DNA of 63,779 nt, counting the filler, from Vannella sp. (lineage: Eukaryota): NCBI GenBank assembly GCA_023345925.1. It is 7 parts of 7 records of this genome, joined end to end, with 100 filler letters (N's around TTAATTAATTAA, not from the genome) between each part and the next. Parts side by side here need not be neighbours in the genome. Positions count along the whole stretch, not along the records: positions 40,863 to 49,408 come from JAJQQN010000744.1; positions 49,509 to 53,917 come from JAJQQN010000564.1; positions 54,018 to 63,779 come from JAJQQN010000730.1; 4 more parts are not named here. The stretch is one strand, 5' to 3'. The translations under genes and the position numbers were made by a program. Numbering within the stretch: position 1 is the first letter of the stretch; every line of letters begins with the position of its first letter. Of the stretch, positions 48,625-60,309 are shown piece by piece. The notes under the pieces are model-generated. The model was not told the DNA's origin and did no database searches. It saw nothing but the letters and a program-made list of their open reading frames with translations.

Positions 48625-49227
48625 ATGGGAGAGCGCCTCGGGACGTGTCACACTGCAGCTTACCATCTTCTGACGCTGAAACAGCCCCAGGATGGGTGGG
48701 AAAAGGCGTACCAAGCTGAGGTCCAGTTCGCTGACATCGACCAGAACCGGCATGTGAACAATTGTGTGCCCATTCGCACGTGGAACGCCCTCTTTCGCCC
48801 TTCCTGGGAATCAGGACTAACAGAGTGGACCTAGGCTGGATACAAGAGGCCCGTGTACGCTTTATTGCTCGCTTCATTGCTCGTTTGGGAGACTCAAGCG
48901 GTGGTGAGCTCCGTATGATCGTTCGCGCCCTTCAATGCGACTACAACAGCGAGGTCTTCTTTGGAGACACCATTGGTAGGTCTTCTTTGGTCCATGGCAA
49001 GGTTCTGATCCCTTTCAGAGGTCTGGGTTCGCGTAGGTGAGATCGGCCGCACCTCCTGGAGCCTCCACAGCGCCATTTGGAGTCAAAAGCAACAGAAAGT
49101 GGTGATCGAAAGCACCACGCGGATCATTCAATTCGATCCCTCCACTCATACCAGCGTCCTCTTGTCCCCTTCCACCACAAAGCTCCTTCGCAGCTTCCAA
49201 GGATCACCGACGCCCTCCAAACTGTAG
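48625..49227 (+). CDS. Hot-dog-fold acyl-CoA thioesterase (4HBT-like) with PTS1
   Basis: FADIDQNRHVNN, IQEARV, CDYNSEVFFGD and IGRTS motifs; two introns; ends PSKL*. Confidence 0.85.
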
Positions 49228-49408
49228 TTTGTGTTTGATGATGCAAAAAGCAGCTCATTTTCATTTCGATAATGTTCCCGATGATTCAATGCAGGGATGG
49301 TTATGGCTAAGTTTTTGAAAGCCGCAAGGATTCCGGGGTGGCAGTATCGAGAGAAGTCACGAGCGATGTCGCAAACTCATCGCCTATGGGGTGAGCGCTA
49401 GTTCTCTC

Positions 49409-49508
49409 NNNNNNNNNNNNNNNNNNNNNNNNNNNNNNNNNNNNNNNNNNNNTTAATTAATTAANNNNNNNNNNNNNNNNNNNNNNNNNNNNNNNNNNNN
49501 NNNNNNNN
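49409..49508. other. Artificial contig spacer
   Basis: N-run + TTAATTAATTAA + N-run. Confidence 0.98.
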
Positions 49509-49541
49509 ATAGCGAGGGACGCGATCATTTTTATTGTTGCC

Positions 49542-50669
49542 ATGAGTGGAGAACGTGCAAAGGGTGGCCACCATTTTGTCTTGGAACGAAACAACGTTTA
49601 TTGTCGGTCGACAAGCTCCAGTAGAACGGCCTTGGAAAGAAAGCTGGTTGACTATGCGAGGTGTGACGCAATACAGTCACTGTCAGCGGTTGTAGTGCCT
49701 TCTGGAATGAATGCGATCTGTGCTCTGATTCATTCCGTGCTAGTTCGCGCCGCTCAGAACTCTGCTTCCGCAGAACCTCACTTCATCTTTGGAGACGAGA
49801 TGTACTGTGATCTTAAGCGCACTGTCAAGTACTATCAGATCACTCACCGGTTTACTTGCGACTTTGTGGACATCCGGGACACCCCCCGTGTTGAACAGTT
49901 GTTTAGTACCAATGCTGACAGACTAAGACTGTTCTTCATTGAGTCTTGTACGAATCCGTCAGGCCAGATGTTTGACTTTGCGTTTTGGCCAACTCTCAAA
50001 GCCATCGCGCCAAATTGCCTCTTCGCAGTTGATAACACGTGGTTGTCTTGTTCCCTTTTCAATCCTCTACAACATGGTGCTGATCTGATACTTGAGTCTA
50101 TGACCAAATACGTCTCTGGTTCCAATTGCATTGGAGGAATGCTGGTTGGGCAAAACAGCATTTTAGAAGCAATTGGGTTGTTCGTTCGAGTCCAAGGTCT
50201 ATTTATCAGTCCTGATCAATGTCAGATTTATTCTAACGGGCTAGATAGTGTCGCTTCTCGCCTTGAGTCTGCTGGAAGGTCCACTTTAGAGCTCGCGCAA
50301 TGGTTAGAGGTTCACCCTAAGGTCAATAGAGTGATGTATCCTTTGCTACCTTCCCATCCCACGTATCAAAGAAACATGGAGTATCTGCTAGGAGGGCCTG
50401 CGATCCTCCTGTTCCACATCTCGCGTAAGTTCAAAAAGTCGCGGATGATGGTCCAGTTCTTTGAAGATGCTGGCTTCATTGCTGAGACATCCTATGGATC
50501 ACCACACTCAAAACTTGACCCCTGGTCTACAACAGGCTCTCGATTCCAGTTTAATTTCCCTTCGTCAAGTGGCCCAAAGGACGGGACCTGGATTCGGCTC
50601 TCTGTCGGATACGAGGCCCCAATCGCAAGCGACATGGACAGGTTATCAAAGCTGTTAGAGGGTCTCTGA
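49542..50669 (+). CDS. Cys/Met metabolism PLP-dependent lyase (cystathionine gamma-lyase/synthase family)
   Basis: YCR, SGMNAI, ESCTNP, VDNTW, ESMTKY (PLP Lys), V.YP.L.SHP, TSYG and IRLSVG motifs; intronless. Confidence 0.9.
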   Translation: MSGERAKGGHHFVLERNNVYCRSTSSSRTALERKLVDYARCDAIQSLSAVVVPSGMNAICALIHSVLVRAAQNSASAEPHFIFGDEMYCDLKRTVKYYQITHRFTCDFVDIRDTPRVEQLFSTNADRLRLFFIESCTNPSGQMFDFAFWPTLKAIAPNCLFAVDNTWLSCSLFNPLQHGADLILESMTKYVSGSNCIGGMLVGQNSILEAIGLFVRVQGLFISPDQCQIYSNGLDSVASRLESAGRSTLELAQWLEVHPKVNRVMYPLLPSHPTYQRNMEYLLGGPAILLFHISRKFKKSRMMVQFFEDAGFIAETSYGSPHSKLDPWSTTGSRFQFNFPSSSGPKDGTWIRLSVGYEAPIASDMDRLSKLLEGL

Positions 50670-50844
50670 CATCCTATCAATCCCAAATCGATGGATAAAC
50701 TGGACCAATCGGTTCAACTTCTTCTGAAGAATGGCAATTGGCATTCATCTCCAGATTGGTTCGACTGGTCTTCTTAGTAGTACCAGAATATTGAAAAAAT
50801 GGAAATAGATTGTAGTCTCTTGACGACTTGATAGGGAAGAACTC

Positions 50845-51954
50845 TCAAAAGCGAGCACTTTTCTGCTTGGAGCGATATGGATGTGGAAGTGCTGAAACAA
50901 TGGAGGAAAGAGTGGGAACGAGGAGCATCTCGGCAGTCGTGGGACTGATACCGAATTGTCCGCATCCATTGTATCCAAAGAAAAGAAGCCCCCCTTCCGA
51001 AGGGAAGGCCATGGAATGAAGTCCTCCTGCTAAGCAATCCGCGATTCCCACCAACGAAGGCACTATTGCTGGGATGGTTTGATTAGAGGTGCTACCAGTA
51101 CCCAGCTGTCCATATTCTCCATGTCCCCAAGTCCAAACAGAACCTGTTTCGTCCATTGCAAGAGTGTGGCGATATCCGCACGAAGCTCCAACCAAAGGGG
51201 GAATGTCACTTATTCTCTGGAAGACAAAGGGGTCACCAGGGCGTCCTAATTGACTCTCAGAGTTGTCTCCTGCAGTAAATACAGATCCTTGTGAGTCGAT
51301 GAGAAGAATCCCCTGGGCAAAAGTAGAAAGGCATCTCAATGGTCCGTCAGAGAGCTCTTTGACTCGCACAGAAGTAGGATTGGGCACATTATTTGAATGC
51401 CCTAGTCCTAATTCCCCTCTTTCATTGCTGCCCAAGACCCATAGACCTTCTTCAGCTTCGCCAACGAGAAAGCCCCATCCGCAAGCCACTCTTCTGAGTG
51501 GTTGGAGTCCTTCTACCTTTCTTGGCGTTGTTGATGCCCAAGAGAGAGAGTTCTCTGTCGTCCACACCCAGAGGTTCCCGTCGATGTCCACTGCAGCGCT
51601 TTGTGGTGAACCTGCCGCCACCTGAATGATCTTGGGGAGCTCCAACACCTGCTTGAAGGTACTCTGAGGCTCATAGAAGCGAGACAAGCCTGTTTCCCAA
51701 ACAGTGCCTTCCTCATCAAGCACCAGACTGTGAAAGATCCCGCACTCCACTTGCACCAGCTTAGCCCCTCCCCATGGAACCTCTGCCAGCTCCCATTGCG
51801 ATCTCACATGCCCAAGACCAAGCTGTCCATTCCCATTGTTTCCTACAGCCAGAAGGCCTCCATCAGATGAACACAGGAGCGTGTGCTGTCCATGCGGCAT
51901 CCCCCAAAATGCTTCAGGACCGGTTCTCCTTTGACTTGAAAGGTATAAATGCAT
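50845..51954 (-). CDS. RCC1-repeat beta-propeller protein
   Basis: Same family as 22224-23291; GQLG repeats; ends ALPHPYRSKQKSARF. Start is the ATG at 51954 or 51900. Confidence 0.9.
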   Translation of the reverse strand: MHLYLSSQRRTGPEAFWGMPHGQHTLLCSSDGGLLAVGNNGNGQLGLGHVRSQWELAEVPWGGAKLVQVECGIFHSLVLDEEGTVWETGLSRFYEPQSTFKQVLELPKIIQVAAGSPQSAAVDIDGNLWVWTTENSLSWASTTPRKVEGLQPLRRVACGWGFLVGEAEEGLWVLGSNERGELGLGHSNNVPNPTSVRVKELSDGPLRCLSTFAQGILLIDSQGSVFTAGDNSESQLGRPGDPFVFQRISDIPPLVGASCGYRHTLAMDETGSVWTWGHGEYGQLGTGSTSNQTIPAIVPSLVGIADCLAGGLHSMAFPSEGGLLFFGYNGCGQFGISPTTAEMLLVPTLSSIVSALPHPYRSKQKSARF

Positions 51955-52057
51955 GGTGAATGGGAAATCGGCCAATTTGGCAGGGTGGCATAAATTAACT
52001 AATTTTTGGTCGGTCTGGACAGTTTGTCCTGTCCTTGCCTTTCAGTAGTGGGCCCTG

Positions 52058-53119
52058 ATGTCTACTCGGAAGATCCTTATCACTGCGTTTGTCCTTGTGT
52101 TGTTGATGGAGGAGTCATTTCGGTGGATGCAGTCTGCCTCCAGTGCAGAGTCCTTGTCTGAGATGAGAGCTGTTGAGGAGATCGAGACACCGAGATGGCT
52201 TCGATCTAGCAGTACGGACTCTGGTGGTCTCATCGAGGGTGAACGAAGAGAAGTAGGAGAGAAGCCAACTATTCATTTGGTTTCTGGGACAACCCCGCTG
52301 TGGATCTCGCACACGTTGGATTTCACAATCTCCTTCCTCAGCCGGACGATGAATGTTGTTGTTTCAGACGACAATCATGCACCAGATACCATGACTGCCT
52401 GCTTTCGTAACGAGTGCTATTATCCTGCCAATGATCCTCCTTCTCGTTCAGGCATCTTCCATTGGGCTGATGAACTCGGTGAGTATTGGAAGCAGGTGCC
52501 ATACAAAGAAGCGGCTTTCATCGTACGCAACTACTTCATTCCTGAGGTCTTTGAAGCCTTTCCTGACAAGGTCTTGTGGATCCCTGTTGGAAACGTTGAC
52601 CATCTCAGGAGTAACACGCCAATCATTCCCCCAGTATTGGAGCGGCCTATCAACTGCTCATGGCTTGGTTCCTTCGATGCTGGTGTTCCAGGTTTGCGTG
52701 CGAAGAGCCGATCTGAAATGATTGAAGCCTTGGACCCGGATCTCTGCTACATCGAGTCATCCTCAGGATTCATGGGAAAGCAGACGGAGGTGGACTACGC
52801 CCAATTTGTTGGAAATAGCAAATTCACTCTGTGTCCTTGGGGCAACACGGAGGAGACCATTCGCTTTTTCGATGCTCTGGAGATTGGCTCGATTCCGATC
52901 ATCCTATCTGGGGCTTCCTTCATTGATCACATGCTTTCAATCGTGCCTGGACATCCTGTTATTATCGTTGAAAAGTGGGAAGAGGTGTCTGCAGTGTTGA
53001 AGCACTATCATAAGCATCCAGACCAACTCGTCGCTCAGCAAGCCCACTCTGTGGAGTGGTGGGAACAGCTTCAAGAAACTCAGAGCTGGCAAGTCCGCAA
53101 ACTCATCTTCGGCAAATAG
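52058..53119 (+). CDS. Exostosin-like glycosyltransferase (GT47-like), type II membrane
   Basis: N-terminal TM; Y...GNSKFTLCPWGNTEETIRFFDALEIGSIPII signature. Confidence 0.85.
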   Translation: MSTRKILITAFVLVLLMEESFRWMQSASSAESLSEMRAVEEIETPRWLRSSSTDSGGLIEGERREVGEKPTIHLVSGTTPLWISHTLDFTISFLSRTMNVVVSDDNHAPDTMTACFRNECYYPANDPPSRSGIFHWADELGEYWKQVPYKEAAFIVRNYFIPEVFEAFPDKVLWIPVGNVDHLRSNTPIIPPVLERPINCSWLGSFDAGVPGLRAKSRSEMIEALDPDLCYIESSSGFMGKQTEVDYAQFVGNSKFTLCPWGNTEETIRFFDALEIGSIPIILSGASFIDHMLSIVPGHPVIIVEKWEEVSAVLKHYHKHPDQLVAQQAHSVEWWEQLQETQSWQVRKLIFGK

Positions 53120-53612
53120 TCTAGAGTCAAAGGTACTAGAATAAATGAAAGAACCTGTCTTTTCTCGCCGTTCTGCAATCGGGTATATCGCAATGCACTA
53201 GAGAATCGATACAAAAGCCCTTGTTTGCTGGTGGGAAATGATCAGGATGAAGGCCACGATGGCGATCAAGTGGAAGTGGTTCAATGATCTGGCTGACCCA
53301 GATTTAGAACCCCTCTTCCCCTTCGCTGGTGTAGTGTCCTGATGACTCAATCTCTTCAGGGTTAGCTTTTGGAATGCTTTAATTTTTTGAGTTTTCACTC
53401 CAAAGGACCCAAATGAAGGGAAATGCCCTCGCCGTGACTTTTCTCTCTGATTCACCTTGTTTAGCTCACTCCAGTTGATATCGAGTTCCTTTGAGCCTCA
53501 TAATTGTGGCAATCGCTATAAATCAATTTTTCTGCCGGGAGAAGGATTTTTTCCGTTTTGGAAAACCAAAACTCTCTTTCTGGAGTATTCATCAAGCGCA
53601 TAGAGCAAAAAT

Positions 53613-53695
53613 TCCTTCCACCCGGACTCGAACCAGGAACCTATTGATTACCAATTTGCTACAGTCAACCGCTCTACCAATTGAGCTATAGAAGG
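53613..53695 (-). tRNA. tRNA-Tyr (GTA) with a 10-nt intron (53649-53658)
   Basis: Reverse complement CCTTCTATAGCTCAATTGGTAGAGCGGTTGACTGTAG[CAAATTGGTA]ATCAATAGGTTCCTGGTTCGAGTCCGGGTGGAAGGA; intron after position 37; T-run downstream. Confidence 0.93.
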
Positions 53696-53917
53696 GCAAG
53701 AAATGGCCATTTAACCTGCAAATAAACCAGCTTATTGCTTCTGATTTTTCTTCCTTTTTCTGTTTCCTTTTGAGTTGACAAACGAGTTGCAGGTCTCTCG
53801 ATAGTCACTGAGCGTGGCGTCCTGCCGATGGATGCACCGAAAAGGAAAGGTGCACACAAATGACATTCTTGACAGATGACAAAGAATGCCTCCCGATTCT
53901 CGCCTCGATTGCCCGTA

Positions 53918-54017
53918 NNNNNNNNNNNNNNNNNNNNNNNNNNNNNNNNNNNNNNNNNNNNTTAATTAATTAANNNNNNNNNNNNNNNNNNNNNNNNNNN
54001 NNNNNNNNNNNNNNNNN
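53918..54017. other. Artificial contig spacer
   Basis: N-run + TTAATTAATTAA + N-run. Confidence 0.98.
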
Positions 54018-54191
54018 GCAGCCCGGCAAGGTGGAGGGCGGCAGGGCGGGTGGCGCAATCGCATGTGTCCAGTTGGAGGATGGAGTCGACGAGCTCGTCC
54101 CCAACTCCATGATGGTCCGGTGTTTCGTGTGTCCTGGATGAGTATCAGAAGGATTGTTCTTCTGGAAGAGGGATTATCATTGTGAGTCAAG

Positions 54192-56029
54192 ATGAAGCGA
54201 TGGGGAGGGCCGCTGGTGGGGGTGGCGAGAAGGAGAGTTCTGACCTCCTCGGTCAGGCCTGAGGGGGATGAAGGCCGTGAAGCTTTGGCTATGGGGAAGG
54301 AGTTTCTGCACTCGGATCAGCTGACGGCGGCGATTCGGGAGTTCAAACGAGCGCAACTTTGCTTTGACGAGTCCGATCCAAACGAAGCCATCTCCAAGGC
54401 CGACAGCCTTATGGAGTTAGGAGAGGCACTTATCCTCAACAGTGACCGCAAGATGCTCGCTTCTGGGGTCTATCAGAAGCGCTACGCCTTCGCAGCAGAC
54501 ACTTATCGGCAATCGATGGACAGTTTCGTCAAAGCTCTCTCTTTGTACCCCGTAGAGGAGCCCTTTAGTGTGAAGAGAGCTCTCTGCTGGCAAAAGGCAG
54601 GTTCGTGTAGAGTCTCTCCTTCCTCTAGCTCTTGGCTAACAAGGAGATAGCCTGGCTTCAAACGCATTGCGAATTGGAGTTAAAAGGAAGCGTCCAGCTG
54701 CTCAAGGAGGGGTTGGCAGAGATGCCATCTCGTTCTCCATTGTGGGAAGGATACTTTCACACCACCAATCTGATCCTCACTGCCCAGGTTGGGGAACACA
54801 GTCCAACCAACTTCCATTTGGATCGCGAATCTCTGCTTGGTGAGTGCCAATAGCAAGTCATTCCCATTGCCTAACGTTTGCATGAAGAAATGAGTCACAT
54901 GCAGATGGGCCTCCTCACCAAACACGCCTCAGAAGAGCAAAGAGCGGAATTGGGAGACGCCATCCTCAATGGAATGATGATTGGAGCTAGCTACTGGAAC
55001 GTCCAACTAGCAGCTATCTACTTGCCATACTCCCAAGCGTACTGCACTTCCGCACGTCAACAATACGAAGTGAACATGATTCTGGCCGAAGCCAAATACC
55101 GTGCCATGGAAATCGCCACCAATGGAGCTTGGTACTACCCACCAGCCTGCAATGATGAAGAAGCCTATCCCGCGCGCTTCTGGAATCCACTCACAGTTCC
55201 TGAATTCCTCCAAGGAACGCCTCCCATCACTGCATTGGCAGATCTTGGAGAGAAAGAGGCTCTTCTTGCTCTTCAATATGCAGAGCTAATCAAGTCTGAT
55301 ATGGCCATGTATCTTTCGAGGCACCTGTTGGCGAAGATCTACATCACAAGGAAGACTCAAAGAGAGGAATGTCGGATTCTTTTAGACCGTTGCGTTCTTA
55401 TTGCTAAGCAGGCTGACAACTCCTCCATGCTTGGATCTGCATTCACACAACTCGGAAACCTTTCTACGCGATGGGACTCGCCCGTAGAAGCTGAGCAATG
55501 GTACAGGAAGGCGGAGGGAGCGCTGACAGAAGAAGACTGCGATGCCACGTACGAGCTGTATGAGGGCATGATCGGGCTTTTCAGGGCGAGAAATGACGCC
55601 GAATCGGTTGGGAAATACTATCAATCCATGGTTGCGCTCATTAAGAGCCAAGCGGAAGTCACTGATAGGCATTGGCAGATACTCCTCGGGTACGCTACCT
55701 GGCAGACCTCGCAAGGGGAATACATGGAAGCTCTGACGAACATTCAAGAGGCTTTTGACTATCTGAAAGAGATCATGCTCACACGCACTTTCCTCAAACA
55801 CGACAATGTTGGTCCCTGGCATCTGATGGAGGCTCTTCTATCCAAGATTCAGAGTCCCGACTCTTCAGATAGGGCAATCATGAGCTCCTTCCATGAAACC
55901 CTCGGAGAACTGAAAGACTATTTCCCTTCCACTCCTCCTTCCACCCAAGTCACTTTCCCCGTCGACTCCCTCCGCTCCATAGCCTTCCCCAAACCCTTCC
56001 AAATCAATAACCGCGCCATTTCTGACTAA
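54192..56029 (+). CDS. TPR-like helical-repeat protein, possibly mitochondrial
   Basis: Arg-rich presequence-like N-terminus; TPR-like helices (AFTQLGNL...EAEQWYRKA; GEYMEALTNIQEA); two introns. Confidence 0.7.
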
Positions 56030-56084
56030 CCTAACGAACCTAATCCTCAAGAGAATCCTCTAAGAGGGCTCCCCAAGCACCAAC

Positions 56085-56100
56085 CCAATCAGCCAATCAG
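56085..56100 (+). promoter_or_regulatory. Tandem CCAAT boxes upstream of the PPR gene
   Basis: CCAATCAG CCAATCAG about 100 nt before the ATG at 56198; matches the NF-Y consensus. Confidence 0.4.
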
Positions 56101-56197
56101 AACAGAGCACCACCTCTTTCGTCCGTTCTTTCAAAAACTCGTTAAAATGATATTTTAATGGTAAGTGAGTGAGGGGAGGGCTGGGAGAGTCATTTCT

Positions 56198-58660
56198 ATG
56201 TGGGTGCGGCGGGTGGGATATCTCGGAAGTCGTGGCTTGTTGAGGAGCCAAGCACGTTGGACTGGGAAAGTGGCGGAGAATAGAGCGCTTCCAGAGCCTC
56301 TGAGGATCATCTTGGCTCGTGGATTGGACACGCGGATGCCTCCTTTGACACCAGATGAAGTGCGATTGCGTGAGGAGATCCAACGGAGCATTCAACAACA
56401 GAACATCAAACGTGTGTTTGAAGAACTTAGCTCGTGGCAGAGAACTGGACGCCCTCTCACCTCCTATTGTTTCCAAGAGATCCTCCGAGCTATCAAACAC
56501 ATCTGCTCCTTTGATCCCAACGCCCTTCAGTACATCGAGATGGTAGTGAAGCGGATGAATAAGTCTTCTGCCACTCTTAATCCGGCTACTCTCTCCATGC
56601 TCGTCCGTACCCTTGGAAGTAGTAAGCGCCCCGCCTTCTCTCGCCATGTCGTCTAGTGGGCTCACTGAACCAACCAATACGTAGCGGGGAACATTGAGCT
56701 AGCCCTGGAACTTCTAGAACAGCTCGACGAGCGTCTAAATGAAGAGAGCAAGGAGAAGCTTTACAGCCACGCGTTTCACCAAGCAGCAGTCCGTAACGAG
56801 TTTGACAAGGCCCTGAAGATCTACCAGATCATGGTGAAGAAGCAGATCTCCATTCCACAGCAAATGCTGCTTTCTTTGATGCGAATCTGCCGCGGAGAGA
56901 ACACTGAGGAGCTTTATGCTCGCTTGCACCAGGAGCTTAAGGACTCTGGGTGGGGCGAGGAGCAAGATTTCCATCGCTTGTTTACTAATGGCTCTCAGGC
57001 CGTCCGTAGAGAGCTTGCAAGTGACTTTATGCAGTTCTACAAGAATCTGAAGCCTGCTGATCTCGACGATCCACTCGCCAGTTGCAGCTTTGCGGGAATG
57101 ATTCACATGTTAAGTGAAGATAAGTCCTATGAGTCTGCCAAGAAGGTCTTCTCGCTCTTCCCGAACCCCAACTTGTCTCTTTGTACCGCAATGATGCGCG
57201 TTTACTGTAAGACTGAATATGAGTCCTTTGATGGGTTGATGGAGCAGATCAACCTGATGCGGCAATATGTTGTGCCCAATATCCTCCTTTTCCAGTACCC
57301 TCTGAGTCTCTTGTTAGCCTTAGAACAGCCTGTCGCAGCTGAAAAGATGTTTACACTGGCCAAGTTAGAAGGCTGCGTACCTAACCATTGGGTGTACATG
57401 TCCTTTATCCAATACTACCGCAAATCAGGGAAAATCGAGAAAATGGAACAAGTCTTTGACGAAATGGAATCTTACGGAATGGTGTTTGGGGAAAGGCAGA
57501 TTGGCTCTCTCTGTCGGTCCATCAATAGAGAAGATGAATCCATGAAAAGCCCTGCCGCTAGATTCTTGCATAACAAGTTCTTTGATCGAATCTTCAATCA
57601 CGTCAGCTATCTCAGTCCCTCTGACCAAGAGTCAGCCTACCGAAGTCTCACTGCAGGGTTCTCTCGAGCTTACATGCCGCAAGAGTGCTTAAATACGATG
57701 GAGGAAATGCTCCAAAAGGGCTACTTTCTTGATGAGGACACTTTCTCTCATCTCATCCGCAATCAAATCCACTCCCAAGTCAAAGACGAAACAGATGAAG
57801 TACTAGAGCAGCTCCTCAGGGCAGCTGTGACACATTCTATTCTCGTAAGTGATGAAACATGGAAGCATTGGATGAATTCGACCGATGAAAGACGGTTCTT
57901 TATCACTTTAATCAACTTTCTCAGAAATGTCGAATGGCCTTTGAGTGCGGATGTCCTTAATTACCTCTTTACCAGAGCCCTTGCGATTGGGATTACCAAA
58001 GACGTACTTCCTTTATATGACGCACTAGATCCCGATAATGAGGATCTTGATCTTTTGCCTCCAATCTATCGGACTTACATTTCCTACAGCAACGTGAAGT
58101 TGGAAACTATCCTGGAAGATCTCCAAAGCCGACCACCGCTTCACGACTCCTGCTACGAGATCTTACTTCGCACTTTCACTCAGGATAGATCCGTGAAAGG
58201 CTGTTTCGAGACGGTGACAGCAGCGCTCCATCGTGACACTGTGATTAGAGACAGGATTCTTTCCCAAAGCACTTTCGTTATCCCTTATCATCATCCTCGG
58301 CGTCAGGAGTACTTGGATATGATTTCAGCCCTCAGGACCCGCTACGAGAAATGGAACGAATGGGATAGCTCAAGAAAGGCTAAAAGAGAAGAGAAGCTCA
58401 ATGACGACCCTTTTGTTCGCTTCCAGAGTGATGTTATCAACAAGTATGGACTGGATGTCGATATCTTGACCGCTGACGGAGATTCCTTCGTTCTGAGTGA
58501 CCCGAATGAGGAACGCTTCAAACCCAAGAGAAGCCTCAAATTGAGATCCCCAAAACCCCGTGATCTCCTCCCAATGCGAGATCAAGAACAAGAATACGAA
58601 CTAGAAGCAGGTGAGGAGGGTGGCTATGAAGAAGAAGACACATTCTACGGGAAAGAATAA
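56198..58660 (+). CDS. Pentatricopeptide-repeat (PPR) protein, probably mitochondrial
   Basis: PPR-like units such as VYMSFIQYYRKSGKIEKMEQVFDEMESYG and AYRSLTAGFSRAYMPQECLNTMEEMLQKG; presequence-like N-terminus; one intron. Confidence 0.82.
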
Positions 58661-58708
58661 AGCCGCTCCACATCAGAGTGCGAGAAGGGTCGGGATATAC
58701 AAATACTA

Positions 58709-60159
58709 TTAAGCTATTGATGGGATGCTGCGAGTGGGATGATTGGAATCGTCAAGCACGCATAAGTTGACTTCTCTCCGATCGAGAAAAGCATAAAGAA
58801 GGCTCAGGAAAGTGACGACGCCAGCAAGAATGGCCATGTAGCCCCACAAATCAGTCCATCGATCATTATCCCGAGCCCATTTTCCTGCAGGGCCAGCTAG
58901 AATGGAGGCCAATGAACCAAAGGCATCGAGTGTTCCACTCATCGTCCCACATGCTCGTTTCCCTCCAAAGGAAATGGCAATTACTCCAGCAGGAAGACTC
59001 AAAGGGCCAACTAGTAGGAACCCACAAACACTAATCACTGGCAGAACGATGCCCACACTGAGATTGGTGTACTGGCTGATAACTGCAAGCAAAGTGAGGC
59101 TCACAATAGAGCAAAAGAGAGAAAGAGACACCGCCATGTTACGACAAAAAGTGCTCATCTTGTCCGTGAGAACACCAAATAGGAGCATTGAAATAGCACC
59201 GAACCCATTAAATAGTAGAAGACCGCCGAAACTCACTGCAGAGTCGGAGAACGCATCACTTTGGAGAAAAGGGATGGTCCAATTAAAGAAGATTTGCGCT
59301 AGGAGGTACACGCCCGAGTACCACAAAGCCAGCACCCAGAAAGCTGGACTGACGAAGATGGGAACGAAGACTTCCTTCCATTCGTTAGCTCGGCTCTTAT
59401 TGCCGAGAAGGCCGAGACGGTTGGCGGGGAATGTGTCCGCCTCGGTGAATCCGATCGCTACCGGAGATCCTCGAAGGATCAGCAGTGCGGTTATCATGAA
59501 AATGAAGAGGTTGAAGCCTGATATGAAGAAGAGGGCCTTCCAGTCCACCACTCCCAAGTAAGAGAGGGTTCCAATGTACGCCACAGCAACAGAGTCCCCG
59601 AACAGGTACGAGAAGGACATGAGACTCATTACTACACCAAGCCGATAGTGTCGGAACCATTTCGAACATATCTTGAGGATGCTAGGCCACGGAATGCCCC
59701 CAAAGATGCAGACGATACTCCACATCGAGATCAACCACCACAGGGAGGTCCCTATGGGAAGGGCTAAGCAACCAGCAATGACTCCAATACAACCTATGAT
59801 GATCATCTTCTTCCCTCCGTAGAAATCTACCGCTGCTCCAAAGAACAGCTTCGGGATGATCCCTGCTAAGGTCCCAAACGTGTCCACCTCCTGCTCAAAG
59901 ACGATTAGGTAGCTCTTAGTAGTAGATTGGAACTCACCTGCGGGGAAACGGACTGTAATTCGTTGCTGATCTGGGTGCTTGTCACTGCCAGAGTGCCCTC
60001 ACAGACGTAGACACCCACGTACACCACGAAAAGGATTACAAACGTCAACACAGACCATCCATAAAGCTTCTGCTTCCTCCTACGCTGAGTAGACAACAGA
60101 GTAGAGAAGATCTCGCCTTCCACCTCGCCCTCCGCCTCCTCCCACTCGCCTGTGTCCAT
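58709..60159 (-). CDS. MFS transporter, organophosphate:Pi antiporter (SLC37/GlpT)-like
   Basis: About 12 TM; WPSILKICSKWF...G..MS and GT.SG.LD..G motifs; one intron. Confidence 0.85.
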
Positions 60160-60309
60160 CAAAATGATCCGAAATACATTAAACCTTCCATTTCATTGGG
60201 TCTTTGCCAAAAAGAACTCAAAAAGGGCCAAAAGGGCCGCCTTGGGGAGAAGAGAGGAAAGGTTGGGAAAGCACACTCGGCGAGGTACCGACAAGGTGTG
60301 AGAGGTAGC

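Noticed and set aside
49300..49408. Hairpin GAGAGAA...TTCTCTC at the contig end as an ncRNA
   Set aside because: The minus strand reads as an open frame running to a TAG, consistent with the 3' end of a truncated gene; the stems are short.
12039..54017. Recurrent palindrome TTAATTAATTAA flanked by N-runs (6 copies)
   Set aside because: Identical 100-nt assembly linker with six-frame stops; not biological. ORFs containing X runs are artefacts.
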